NCBI GenBank assembly: GCA_001822815.1
Contig: MHSR01000016.1
Coordinates: 1 to 62,913 of the forward strand
Origin: Candidatus Terrybacteria bacterium RIFCSPHIGHO2_01_FULL_43_35
GTDB lineage: Bacteria; Patescibacteriota; Minisyncoccia; Terrybacterales; GWB1-40-14
Length of the DNA: 62,913 bases
Reading direction: 5' to 3'
Shown: piece after piece, positions 1 to 8,806 of the stretch
Numbering within the stretch: position 1 is the stretch's first letter
How the letters are laid out: each line of letters opens with the position of its first letter
Notes under the pieces: model-generated
What the model saw: the letters and a program-made list of their open reading frames with translations, nothing else
Told to the model about the DNA's origin: nothing
Database searches by the model: none
Program-made: the position numbers and the translations under genes

Positions 1-1
1 T

Positions 2-781
2 GCGGCCGGAAAACAGCTAAAAATAGTAGCAAATTATGCGGTAGGTTTTGACAATATTGATCTTGCCGCGGCGAAAGAACGCGGCGTCATGGTTAGCAAT
101 ACGCCGGAAGTCTTATCCGAGACCGTCGCCGAACACACCTTTGCTTTAATGTTGGCTATCGCACACCGTATTGTGGAATCAGATAAATTTATGCGTGCTG
201 GCAAATATAAGGGCTGGGGCCCAATGTTGCTTTTGGGTAGAGATCTTGCGCATAAAACCGTAGGCGTTGTGGGCTTGGGCCGCATAGGTTCTTTGGTGGT
301 TAAGCATGCGGTGCGTGGTTTTGACGCCCAAGTAATTTATTATGATGTTAAGCCCAATCCTTCTTTTGAAGCAGAATATAGCGCGCGTTTTGTTCAATTG
401 CCGGAATTATTGCGCAATGCCGACTTTGTATCCATACACGTTCCATTATTGCCGACAACCCGCCATTTAATAAGCGAGAAAGAACTCTCGATGATGAAAA
501 AAACTGCCTATCTTATCAACACTTCGCGAGGACCCATTGTTGATGAAGCGGCATTGGTGAAAGCGCTTAAGAACAATGTTATATCCGGAGCGGCTATAGA
601 TGTTTTTGAAAATGAGCCAAAGATGGCAGATGGTCTCGCAGAACTTGATAATATAATCATCACGCCGCATATCGCCTCGGCCACCATAGAGACACGTGCA
701 AAAATGGCTCAACTTGCGGCAGAAAATATCATTGCCGCCTTGGAAGGCAAAACGCCACCTACTTTGATTCAGATTAAATAA
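2..781 (+). CDS. D-isomer-specific 2-hydroxyacid dehydrogenase (glyoxylate reductase / D-glycerate dehydrogenase-like), 5' truncated by window edge
   Basis: The frame is open from base 2 (AAGKQLKIVANYAVGFDNIDL...). Motifs: NTP, Rossmann GLGRIG, INTSRGPIVDE, DVFENEP, TPHIASAT. Confidence 0.9.
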   Translation, partial: AAGKQLKIVANYAVGFDNIDLAAAKERGVMVSNTPEVLSETVAEHTFALMLAIAHRIVESDKFMRAGKYKGWGPMLLLGRDLAHKTVGVVGLGRIGSLVVKHAVRGFDAQVIYYDVKPNPSFEAEYSARFVQLPELLRNADFVSIHVPLLPTTRHLISEKELSMMKKTAYLINTSRGPIVDEAALVKALKNNVISGAAIDVFENEPKMADGLAELDNIIITPHIASATIETRAKMAQLAAENIIAALEGKTPPTLIQIK

Positions 782-808
782 TCGAAAAAGTTTATTTATA
801 AATGGTTT

Positions 809-837
809 TTGACAAAACGCCTTGTTTTTGGTACGCT
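809..837 (+). promoter_or_regulatory. sigma70-type promoter upstream of rplY
   Basis: TTGACA (809-814), 17 nt spacer, TACGCT (832-837). Confidence 0.5.
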
Positions 838-892
838 TTTTAGGTACGAATAATGCAATCCTCTTTTAAGTTCTGCTAAAGACGAAACAAAT

Positions 893-1588
893 ATGGAAAC
901 GCTCAACGTAAAAACAAGAAACATAACGGGCAAAAAGGTGCGTATTTTACGCAAAAAAGGAGAAATCCCGGCTGTTTTATATGGTTATGGTATAGAGTCG
1001 GAGGCTTTAGTTGTTCCGGTTAAAGATTTTGAGAAGATTTTTAAGAAATCAGGGGAAACCTCTTTGCTTTCTTTGGTTGTGAACGATTCTTCATCGAATA
1101 CACGCACGGTGCTTATTCGCGATGTCCAGCGCGATTCTTTAAGTCGTTTGCCCTTGCACGTCGATTTTCACCAGGTCAATATGAATGAGGAATTGGATTT
1201 GGATGCGCCTTTGGTGTTCACCGGAACCTCTATGGCGGTTTCATCAGAGGGCGGTGTTTTGGTCAAGGCGCTTTATGAATTGCCAATTTCGGCTTTGCCG
1301 GCGAACTTACCACACGAATTATCCATAGATATCACGCCTTTGGAAAAAATAGGCGACGCAATTCATATTAAAGATATTAAGTTGCCTTCTGGTGTGAGAG
1401 TGCGTTTAGACGAAGATGCCACCATAGTTTTTATTGATAAGCCCATCTCCGAGGAAGATTTAGCGGCTCTTGAAACTGCTCCCGAAGTGAAGGTTGAAGA
1501 AATTGAGGTTGTGGGCGAAAAAGAGAAGAAGGAAGCCGAGGAAGCCGAAGCGGTTTTAGCGGCTGCGGAGAAAGAAAAAAAAGAGTAA
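893..1588 (+). CDS. rplY: 50S ribosomal protein L25/CTC
   Basis: R..G.IPAVLYG, IRDVQRD..S..PLHVDF motifs, CTC C-terminal domain and acidic tail. Confidence 0.95.
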   Translation: METLNVKTRNITGKKVRILRKKGEIPAVLYGYGIESEALVVPVKDFEKIFKKSGETSLLSLVVNDSSSNTRTVLIRDVQRDSLSRLPLHVDFHQVNMNEELDLDAPLVFTGTSMAVSSEGGVLVKALYELPISALPANLPHELSIDITPLEKIGDAIHIKDIKLPSGVRVRLDEDATIVFIDKPISEEDLAALETAPEVKVEEIEVVGEKEKKEAEEAEAVLAAAEKEKKE

Positions 1589-1617
1589 TTCTTTCCAGTT
1601 TAAGTTGATATACTGTA

Positions 1618-2955
1618 ATGCAAAAATTTTCGCCCCAAAAATTCATGATTTCAAAATTCCACTCAAATCAGAAATGGCTGGGTGGAATTCTTGTTTTTTT
1701 TGCGATGTTGACGCCACTATTCTTCACGCAGGGTTCACAGGATTCACTGACCGTTTCACAGATAAAACAAACACTTGATGAAAGCCTCGACGCCATTGAA
1801 GCAGAAATGGATCAAATAAATAAGAATTTAGGTAATTTAAAGACTCAACAAGCAACTCTTGCTAGAGAAATTAAGGTTTTTGACGCCAATATTCGCAAGG
1901 TAGAGTTGCAGATACGCCGTACTGATTTATCTATTGCTGATAATGAGCAGGGGATTACGGAAAAAGAAAAACAGATAGCAGAAGTGGAGGTAAAATTGAC
2001 ATTGGCAAGACAGAATTTAAAGAAAATATTGCTGACCATAGATTACAATGATAATGAATCACCGATAGAGATAATACTGGGCGCAGATAATTTTTCTGAA
2101 GTTTTCGGCAAAATTCAGGATATTCAGCTGGTTGAAGCGGATGTTCAGAGGCGCATAGATGAAATTGCAGAAATAAAGTCAACTTTGGCAAAAGAAAAAG
2201 ATGTTTTAGAGGTCAAGAAGGAAGAATTGGTTAGTCTTCGCACCTTGTCGTCTATTGAGAAGCGAGAGCTTGAAGCAAAGAGGCAACAAAGAGCCATGCT
2301 TTTGGCCGAAACAAAGGGCAAAGAAAAGAATTTTAATGCCCAGTTGATAAGAGCCGTTCAAGATGCCGCTATCATACGACAGCAGATATTTGCTTTGGAG
2401 GGTACAAATGTGTCCATGCCGTTTGAGGCAGCCTTGCTTTTGGCTAAAAAAACTTCAGCATACGGAAATATACGGCCTGCATTTTTGCTTGCGGTATTGC
2501 AGAAAGAATCGCATTGGGGCGCATCTGTGGGTACGGGCAATTGGCGTGATGACATGAATCCTAAAGACTGGCCCGCATTTATAAAGATTACGCAGGAATT
2601 GGGCTTGGATCCTGATACCACGCCTGTTTCAAAGGCGCCCGATTACGGTTGGGGTGGAGCTATGGGGCCGGCGCAGTTTTTGCCCAGGACCTGGTTGGCC
2701 TGGCGTGATAAAGTTGCGGCGTTAACCGGTCATAACCCGCCCTCGCCTTGGAATATAGAAGATGCTTTCACTGCTTCGGCACTGAAGTTAGCCGCAGCCG
2801 GTGCAGATCAACAGACGCGTGACGCAGAGTGGAAAGCGGCGATGATATATTTTGCCGGTTCAAACTGGCAAAATCCAGCCTTTTCTTTTTATGCCGACGA
2901 TATTATGGTTCTAGCCGATGATCTACAGGAGAAGATAAATCTTATTGGAGGTTAA
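1618..2955 (+). CDS. coiled-coil protein with C-terminal lytic murein transglycosylase (lysozyme-like) domain
   Basis: N-terminal TM/signal, long heptad coiled coil, then LLAVLQKES and GGAMGPAQFLPRTW lysozyme-fold motifs. Confidence 0.8.
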   Translation: MQKFSPQKFMISKFHSNQKWLGGILVFFAMLTPLFFTQGSQDSLTVSQIKQTLDESLDAIEAEMDQINKNLGNLKTQQATLAREIKVFDANIRKVELQIRRTDLSIADNEQGITEKEKQIAEVEVKLTLARQNLKKILLTIDYNDNESPIEIILGADNFSEVFGKIQDIQLVEADVQRRIDEIAEIKSTLAKEKDVLEVKKEELVSLRTLSSIEKRELEAKRQQRAMLLAETKGKEKNFNAQLIRAVQDAAIIRQQIFALEGTNVSMPFEAALLLAKKTSAYGNIRPAFLLAVLQKESHWGASVGTGNWRDDMNPKDWPAFIKITQELGLDPDTTPVSKAPDYGWGGAMGPAQFLPRTWLAWRDKVAALTGHNPPSPWNIEDAFTASALKLAAAGADQQTRDAEWKAAMIYFAGSNWQNPAFSFYADDIMVLADDLQEKINLIGG

Positions 2956-2961
2956 TAAAAA

Positions 2962-4035
2962 TTATAAATTTATTGCCTGCAGATCCTTTACTATTTCTTC
3001 AATATTTCCTTCCATGATGCTGGCAATATTATGCCAGCTTTTTTTTATACGGTGGTCGGTAACGCGGTCCTGCGGGAAATTATAGGTGCGTATTTTATCT
3101 GATCGGTCTCCGCCTCCGACTTGGGTTTTGTGTATTTCGCTTTTCGCTTTCGCTTCCTCCTCTTCTTTAAGGGCAAGTAGTTTTGAGCGCAAGATAGACA
3201 TAGCCGCTTCCTTATTAGATTGTTGGGTGCGTTCTTTCTGGGAGGTAATGATTATGCCGGTGGGTAAATGTATTAAACGCACGGCTGTTTCTCGTTTGTT
3301 TACGTTTTGTCCACCTGGTCCGGTTGCGCGCTGAACATCTATTCTTATATCTTGTGGTTTTATCTCCAAATCCGTTTCTTGCGCTTCGGGGATAACCATT
3401 ACAGTAACCGTAGAAGTGTGTAGGCGGCCGCTTTTTTCGGTTTCGGGTACGCGTTGAACGCGGTGCACGCCGGATTCCGTTTTTAGTTTTTTGTATGCAT
3501 CTCCCCCCCTTATTATAAAAATCGCTTCTTTTTGTCCGCCAATTGATGTGTTGTTATCTTCAACGAGCTGTGTTTTCCATCCCGATTTTTCAGCGAATTT
3601 GATATACATCCGCGTTATTTCTCCGGCAAACAATGCAGCTTCATCTCCCCCAGCCCCCGGCCTTATTTCCATGACAATCCCTTCTTTTTCTGTTGCGATC
3701 CTTGAGGTCTGTCCATTAACCAACGCGGCAATTTTTTTCTCTATAGTATTTTTTTCCTCCTGCGCCATGGCATTGAGTTCCGCATCCTTTTCTGTAGCTA
3801 TAAGGTTTTTGATATCTTCAAGTTCTTTTTTCAATCTTTCTTCTTCCTCTTTTATTTTTATAGTCTGTCCAAGTTGCTTGAGCCGCCGGCCAAGTTCAGC
3901 CAAATCTTTAGGACGAGAAAGAAGCTCAGGCCTTCGGCTCTGAGAACTTTCAGGCTCGATGAGATCGCTGAGCTTTGTTTCTAAATCGCCGTATTCCGAT
4001 TTTATTTCTTCAAGAGTGCGTTCGTCTTGACTCAT
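2962..4035 (-). CDS. prfA: peptide chain release factor 1
   Basis: GPGGQNVNK (GGQ), PET (RF1 PxT), [27 protein letters not shown]; carries an 11-aa insertion near the N-terminus. Confidence 0.95.
   Translation of the reverse strand: MSQDERTLEEIKSEYGDLETKLSDLIEPESSQSRRPELLSRPKDLAELGRRLKQLGQTIKIKEEEERLKKELEDIKNLIATEKDAELNAMAQEEKNTIEKKIAALVNGQTSRIATEKEGIVMEIRPGAGGDEAALFAGEITRMYIKFAEKSGWKTQLVEDNNTSIGGQKEAIFIIRGGDAYKKLKTESGVHRVQRVPETEKSGRLHTSTVTVMVIPEAQETDLEIKPQDIRIDVQRATGPGGQNVNKRETAVRLIHLPTGIIITSQKERTQQSNKEAAMSILRSKLLALKEEEEAKAKSEIHKTQVGGGDRSDKIRTYNFPQDRVTDHRIKKSWHNIASIMEGNIEEIVKDLQAINL
3931..3963. repeat. 33-bp in-frame repeat-derived insertion in prfA
   Basis: 3924-3965 matches intergenic 19009-19050 at 34/42 nt. 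It encodes [11 protein letters not shown] between SD and PELLS. Confidence 0.75.
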
Positions 4036-4328
4036 ACCTTTTTGCCCTCATTCCGTGCGGCTTGACGGCGCGCTTCGCGCTTAGCCATTTTGTGTTTTTT
4101 GCCGCCACGCATAGAAGCCAAAGACTTCTTTTTGCCCATGCGTTCTTTGAACTTCTCAACTTTACCAGCTGTATCTATAACTTTGGCCTTGCCGCTGAAG
4201 AACGGATGGCAATTGGAACAGACTTCTATGTTTATTTCTTCAAGGGTGGAACCCACGGTGAATTGATTTCCGCAGGCGCATTTAACCTTAGCTTGAGGAA
4301 AATAGGTTGGATGGATAGCGCTTTTCAT
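4032..4328 (-). CDS. rpmE: 50S ribosomal protein L31 (Zn-binding type) with basic C-terminal tail
   Basis: MKSAIHPTY..., CACG and [10 protein letters not shown]; ATG at 4328. Confidence 0.95.
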   Translation of the reverse strand: MKSAIHPTYFPQAKVKCACGNQFTVGSTLEEINIEVCSNCHPFFSGKAKVIDTAGKVEKFKERMGKKKSLASMRGGKKHKMAKREARRQAARNEGKKV

Positions 4329-4401
4329 GTTTAGTTTTATAGCAAAAACACTGTGTTTTGGCAATACAGACACAAAAGAAAAAGGCCCTTTTTAAGGAGC
4401 C

Positions 4402-5406
4402 TTATTTATCAGAGTCGTTAGTATCAGATTCTTGATTTGGGTTTTCTGTGGTATGACCGCATCCGTTTCTTCTGGTGTGATAGAATTTCACTGCGGAGCT
4501 TGCGACCAGCATGACGAAAGTGATTACGATAATTTGTGCGGTTGGATCAGAAAAGAAATCATTGGGCATATCATTAACGCGTATACACGGAACTACTATG
4601 CCAAACTGTCTGTAAATTTCTCCGCCAAGCTGGCAGAATGCGCCAAATAATGAACGCATAAGATATAGAGATAAACCAGTAAGCATCACCATTGAGCCTA
4701 CCAATTCACCTCTTTGGTGAGTGTCTATAGAAGCGTTCTTAGCTTTACTGCAGTAATAAATTTCCAGTGCGCGGTTGTGCACTACGTAGGTACCCAGAAT
4801 AGCGATATACATATAATTGAAGTCACGAGGCACCTCGATACCATCGAAGAAATAAATCAGAAAGGATAGAATTTGCAAAGATGCCATAGCGACACTGACG
4901 AGGAAGAAAAGGTTGTTGTGCTTGATGCGCGGTCGGATCTTTTCTTTGTCATGCACCAAGAATTTGATTATTGAATGGCCGACGAGAACAACTATTAAAG
5001 TTTCGGTAAGAAAACCGCTTTGTTCGGGAAAGTGAGGCGCAATCTTAAGTAGGTATAACCAGCCAAGCAGGATTTGGTGAAATAGCAGACCTACCCCGAA
5101 AACTTCGCCATATCGCCACAAAACACTATAGTCGTCATCCTTCGTCTCCTCATCAATGATATCGATGCCAGATTTGTTTACAGCTATTACATAGCCGGAA
5201 TATGCGCCAATAAGCAGAATTACGGTCAGCGTCAGCGAGAAAGATGCTTTTGGTTCTCCTAGGAAGGCTTCCACCGTGGTGGCAACGCCCATAACTATTG
5301 TTGCTGCTGCGCATACAATGAAACCTATGACTACCGTCCGGAACGTGCCTGGCGGCAGATGCGGATGGCGTTCAAATTGATTGCGAAGCCAGTCTAAGAC
5401 TGTCAT
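4402..5406 (-). CDS. hypothetical polytopic membrane protein
   Basis: 334-aa ORF with many hydrophobic segments and a GGAG upstream; no recognised family. Confidence 0.7.
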   Translation of the reverse strand: MTVLDWLRNQFERHPHLPPGTFRTVVIGFIVCAAATIVMGVATTVEAFLGEPKASFSLTLTVILLIGAYSGYVIAVNKSGIDIIDEETKDDDYSVLWRYGEVFGVGLLFHQILLGWLYLLKIAPHFPEQSGFLTETLIVVLVGHSIIKFLVHDKEKIRPRIKHNNLFFLVSVAMASLQILSFLIYFFDGIEVPRDFNYMYIAILGTYVVHNRALEIYYCSKAKNASIDTHQRGELVGSMVMLTGLSLYLMRSLFGAFCQLGGEIYRQFGIVVPCIRVNDMPNDFFSDPTAQIIVITFVMLVASSAVKFYHTRRNGCGHTTENPNQESDTNDSDK

Positions 5407-5569
5407 TTTGCCTTCGCTCCAGTCCTTAAGTTTTCAAGGTTTGTTCAACTTATACCATATCTAAGATAAATGTCCATTGTTATCAGAATCAACCTTATAT
5501 TCAAAAGCCTAATTTAGTTGTAGGGCTTGTCTTTTTTTGTCTATCGGTTATACTGGTCCAGGTGCAATT

Positions 5570-6328
5570 ATGGAAACCTCAAGCGATATAAAATCAGTTT
5601 TATCCCCAGAAGTTCAAGATATGCTTGAAGCTGGCGTGCATTTCGGGCATCGAAAATCCAACCGTCATCCCAAAATGGCGCCTTATATATTTACTGTTAA
5701 AGGCAGCGTGGAAATAATAGATGTCACCAAAACTCAGGAATTCTTGGATAAAGCCTGCGCATATTTAGAAAATAAAGCTAAAGAGGGCGGCTTGATACTT
5801 TTTGCTGGAACGCGTCCGCACGTTAAGGATATTGTGCAGGAGAGCGCCCAAGCCGTTGGTATGCCATACGTTAAAGAACGCTGGTTCGGCGGCACGCTTA
5901 CCAATTTTTCCGTAATGATAAAACGCCTTGAAAACTTTAAAGAACTTGAACGTAAGGCAGCAGCAGGCGAATTGGATAAGTACACCAAGCAGGAACAAGT
6001 GCATTTCAATAGACAAATAGTTAAGCTGAATTCGGCTCTAGGCGGGCTCAAAACCCTAACCCGCAAACCCGATGTGTTGGTTCTTGTTTCTTTAAAACAT
6101 GATACTATTGCCGCAACCGAAGCCCTGAAAATGAAGATTCCGGTGGTGGCTATTGCGGATACTAATGTTGATCCTACAAGTATAATGTTTCCTATTCCGG
6201 CAAATGACGATGCTATTTCTTCTGTAAGATACGTCTTTGCCAAATTGATCGATGCCATACAAAAAGGGAAGGCGGCATACGTGGCTAAAGTCGTCCATAC
6301 GGATAAGACCTCCGAAAGCAAGAGTTAA
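5570..6328 (+). CDS. rpsB: 30S ribosomal protein S2
   Basis: MLEAGVHFGH, HPKMAPYIF, RWFGGTLTNF, IPANDDAI; ATG at 5570 preferred over TTG 5537. Confidence 0.95.
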   Translation: METSSDIKSVLSPEVQDMLEAGVHFGHRKSNRHPKMAPYIFTVKGSVEIIDVTKTQEFLDKACAYLENKAKEGGLILFAGTRPHVKDIVQESAQAVGMPYVKERWFGGTLTNFSVMIKRLENFKELERKAAAGELDKYTKQEQVHFNRQIVKLNSALGGLKTLTRKPDVLVLVSLKHDTIAATEALKMKIPVVAIADTNVDPTSIMFPIPANDDAISSVRYVFAKLIDAIQKGKAAYVAKVVHTDKTSESKS

Positions 6329-6372
6329 GGATATAAGGCATAAATATAGAATTTCTTATTTGTTAAGATTTT

Positions 6373-6957
6373 ATGAATGATTTAGCCAACATTAAATTAT
6401 TGCGAGAAAAAACCGGCGCATCTATGATAGAGGTTAAAAAAGCCCTTGCCGACGCGAAGGGCGATATTGACGAGGCCGGAAAGCTTTTGCGAGCCCGCGG
6501 TCAGGAAGTGGTAGATAAAAAACAGAATCGTACAACTCAGGAAGGGATTATTGGTGTTTATCTCCACGCTAATTCTAAAATTGCAGGTATTATTGAACTA
6601 AAATGCGAAACAGATTTTGTTGCGCGTAACGAAGAATTCAAGCGTCTGGCCCATGATTTGGCCATGCATATTGTTGCTTCCGATCCCAAATATCTAGCTC
6701 CGGAAGATATGCCCAAGGAGATTTTAGATGAAGAAAGACGTCTGGTTGCCCAACAGTTTGCCGATTCTGGTAAACCGCAGAATATCGTCGATAAAATAAT
6801 CGAAGGCAAGTTAAATACCTTGGCTAAAGAAGTATGCTTGCTTACTCAGCCGTTCGTTAAAGAACCAGATAAAACAGTTCAAGAGCTTATAAACGAAGCG
6901 ATTGCAAAATTTGGGGAGAAAATAACTGTAGGAAAGTTTTCGCGATTTAGTGTTTAA
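6373..6957 (+). CDS. tsf: translation elongation factor Ts (short form)
   Basis: IKLLREKTGASM, ELKCETDFVARN, CLLTQPFVK; directly downstream of rpsB. Confidence 0.95.
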   Translation: MNDLANIKLLREKTGASMIEVKKALADAKGDIDEAGKLLRARGQEVVDKKQNRTTQEGIIGVYLHANSKIAGIIELKCETDFVARNEEFKRLAHDLAMHIVASDPKYLAPEDMPKEILDEERRLVAQQFADSGKPQNIVDKIIEGKLNTLAKEVCLLTQPFVKEPDKTVQELINEAIAKFGEKITVGKFSRFSV

Positions 6958-6993
6958 CATTCTGCCATTAAGCATTGATTAGAAATTTTTCTA

Positions 6994-7536
6994 ATGTATT
7001 CCATTCTCGCACCATTGCTTTTCTTGCTAGGCCTTGCAGGGGTTATTTTGATTGTTGCTCGGGCGCTGCCCATATTGTCCGAGCTTCCAGAACAAGAAAA
7101 CGGCAAACAAGGATTGTTTATTGTCAATAAGATACATGAACTTATCCAGAAAATTCCTTGGCAGCGCTGGCTGTTCAACGGCATAGAAATCATTCTTAAA
7201 AAAGTGCGTATAACCTTGTTTGCGGGTCTCAAAAAATCAGAGCGCATGGTTCATTCAGTACAGACGCGTTCACAGAAATTTTCTCCGGAAAAGAGTATAG
7301 ATGTCTTGCCTAAGTTTTTTGACCGCATTAAAAAGAGGAAAGCGTTTCTTGAAGAAGAGCGCAAGCTTCTTGAGTATATAGCTCATCATCATGACGACGG
7401 CGCTTCATACAAGCGTTTGGGAAACCTTTATATAATAGCCGGCAATGTTAAGGATGCGCGAGCCGCGCTTGAGCAGGCCACGCGTCTTTTACCGGACGAT
7501 GAGGATATAATGCAGAAGTTGGAGGAATTATCTTAG
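6994..7536 (+). CDS. hypothetical membrane-anchored protein with C-terminal TPR-like repeat
   Basis: N-terminal TM; YKRLGNLY...ARAALEQATRLLPDD resembles a TPR. Confidence 0.7.
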   Translation: MYSILAPLLFLLGLAGVILIVARALPILSELPEQENGKQGLFIVNKIHELIQKIPWQRWLFNGIEIILKKVRITLFAGLKKSERMVHSVQTRSQKFSPEKSIDVLPKFFDRIKKRKAFLEEERKLLEYIAHHHDDGASYKRLGNLYIIAGNVKDARAALEQATRLLPDDEDIMQKLEELS

Positions 7537-7659
7537 CAATGTTATATTGTTTTTAGCGCATTATCTTGGCGTCAGTGTAGCTCTCCGTCGGCTGGCGGAG
7601 ACAGAGTGGCTGTTTTGTGCTAGTCCCGTTACAAATGCCGAGGTAGCTCAGCGGCAGAG

Positions 7660-7764
7660 TCCCGCCTCTTGCGCCGGAGTAGCTCAGAGGCAGAGCAATT
7701 GTTTTGTAAACAATAGGTCGTGAGTTCGATTCTCACCTCCGGCTCATCGGCGCAAGAGGCGGGA
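7660..7764. repeat. 17-bp perfect inverted repeat pair (inner layer)
   Basis: TCCCGCCTCTTGCGCCG (7660-7676) / CGGCGCAAGAGGCGGGA (7748-7764). Confidence 0.95.
7673..7744 (+). tRNA. tRNA-Thr(UGU), intact
   Basis: Full cloverleaf: GCCGGAG/CTCCGGC, GCTC/GAGC, ATTGT-TT-TGT-AA-ACAAT, GTGAG-TTCGATT-CTCAC, discriminator T; CCA not fully encoded. Confidence 0.95.
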
Positions 7765-7892
7765 TAAACAGCAGGTCGTGAGTTCAAAGCTCACCCTCGG
7801 CTCCACGGCATTTGTAACGGGATAAACAGGTCGCCCCGCAATTGCGGGGCCGCTGGCTCATATTCCTATTTGATTTTTAAAACATTAAGTAG

Positions 7893-8067
7893 TGGTTTAG
7901 TTTTTGCGACTTAGCGGAAGCGTTTGTTGCAAAATATAGCTAAGTACAAGCGAATTTGCGGAAAAGGAAACGCATCCCGAAGAATTAGGGTGCGGCCCGT
8001 TCCGGAAATTCGTGCAGTACGAAGCATATTTTGCCAAACGTTGAAGCGTTAAGCAAAAATTAAACCA
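7893..8067. other. ~175-nt rod-like imperfect hairpin between tRNA-Thr and tRNA-Tyr
   Basis: Nested pairings TGGTTTAGTTTTTGC/GCAAAAATTAAACCA, CGTTTG/CAAACG, GCAAAATAT/ATATTTTGC, CGAATTT/AAATTCG, CGGAA/TTCCG, CGCATCCC/GGGTGCG. Confidence 0.8.
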
Positions 8068-8076
8068 AAGCGTCTC

Positions 8077-8160
8077 GCTGGGGTACCGAAGCGGTCAAAC
8101 GGGACAGACTGTAAATCTGTTGGCATTACGCCTTCGATGGTTCGAGTCCATCCCCCAGCA
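8077..8160 (+). tRNA. tRNA-Tyr(GUA)
   Basis: GCTGGGG/CCCCAGC acceptor, ACAGA-CT-GTA-AA-TCTGT, long variable arm, GATGG-TTCGAGT-CCATC, discriminator A. Confidence 0.95.
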
Positions 8161-8339
8161 CTTTGACAAGCCCAGTGCAGGCACTAGGGCAATTCCGGCG
8201 TCATTTGTCGACGTCGGAATTTTTATTACCGGAAGAACGAGAGTTTCAAATTGGCCCGGATTTTCCACTGCTTATTCATAACTGTTCTAATGGCATAAGA
8301 GAGTTGCATTTTTGCAAAAGAGATGTACGATGAAACTGT

Positions 8340-8726
8340 ATGGATAAAAGGATTATTTTCCTTATACTTGCAGTCATAACAGCCGTGTTTGTATTCGGTG
8401 TATTCACGTTTGCGGCATGCGGTACAGACGGAATGAATTCTCATATGCCGGGCATGAAGAATTGTCCGCAGGCGGTTGCGGCGGCTATGCATCATATCGG
8501 TGCGTTTTTGAACGACTTTGCGGCAATATCCGTCATTGCGGTTATTTGCGCCACTCTTGTTTTGGTTAGTATTATGAAAATTGTTTTTCCCGCGCTTAAG
8601 GTGTTAGATAGGCCTTTCCGTTTTTACTTATTGCGCCATATCAATCTTTTGGTAATTTCCGCGTTTTCTTACCTTTTCAGTAACGGCATTTTACATAGAA
8701 AAGAGGCTCATAGCGTTATCGTATAA
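8340..8726 (+). CDS. hypothetical membrane protein (His/Met/Cys-containing)
   Basis: Hydrophobic segments flanking CGTDGMNSHMPGMKNC; first gene of the cargo region. Confidence 0.65.
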   Translation: MDKRIIFLILAVITAVFVFGVFTFAACGTDGMNSHMPGMKNCPQAVAAAMHHIGAFLNDFAAISVIAVICATLVLVSIMKIVFPALKVLDRPFRFYLLRHINLLVISAFSYLFSNGILHRKEAHSVIV

Positions 8727-8806
8727 CCGCGTTTGCTCTTTCACGCTGAATATTTGTTTCAGTGCGTCGGGCGCGTGGTTTTTTGTTATCCGTTAACGTT
8801 ACGTAT

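Larger units (their letters stand above)
7637..7805 (+). pseudogene. middle tRNA-Thr shell lacking the 5' anticodon arm, interrupted by the inner layer
   Basis: GCCGAGG (7637-43) pairs with CCTCGGC (7795-7801). D arm GCTC-AGCGGCA-GAGT; 3' half AA-ACAGC-AGGTC-GTGAG-TTCAAAG-CTCAC; ends TCCA. Confidence 0.75.
7624..7822. repeat. 17-bp perfect inverted repeat pair (outer layer)
   Basis: TCCCGTTACAAATGCCG (7624-7640) / CGGCATTTGTAACGGGA (7806-7822). Confidence 0.95.
7571..7860 (+). pseudogene. outer degenerate tRNA-Thr(UGU) shell, interrupted just 3' of the anticodon
   Basis: Acceptor GTCAGTG (7571-77) pairs with CGCTGGC (7851-57). D stem GCTC/GAGT, then GCTGT-TT-TGT (anticodon 7616-18), insert, then AA-ACAG. 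The T-arm is replaced by palindrome GCCCCGCAATTGCGGGGC. Confidence 0.65.

Noticed and set aside
5734-6321. Long antisense ORFs over rpsB, tsf, prfA, atp genes and others
   Set aside because: They lie opposite confidently identified conserved genes and show no recognisable motifs.
7619-7823. Group I intron in tRNA-Thr
   Set aside because: The insert is fully accounted for by inverted repeats and tRNA copies; no P3-P7 core elements are recognisable.
7893-8067. 6S RNA
   Set aside because: Length fits, but there is no large central single-stranded bubble; left as an unassigned hairpin pending an Rfam search.
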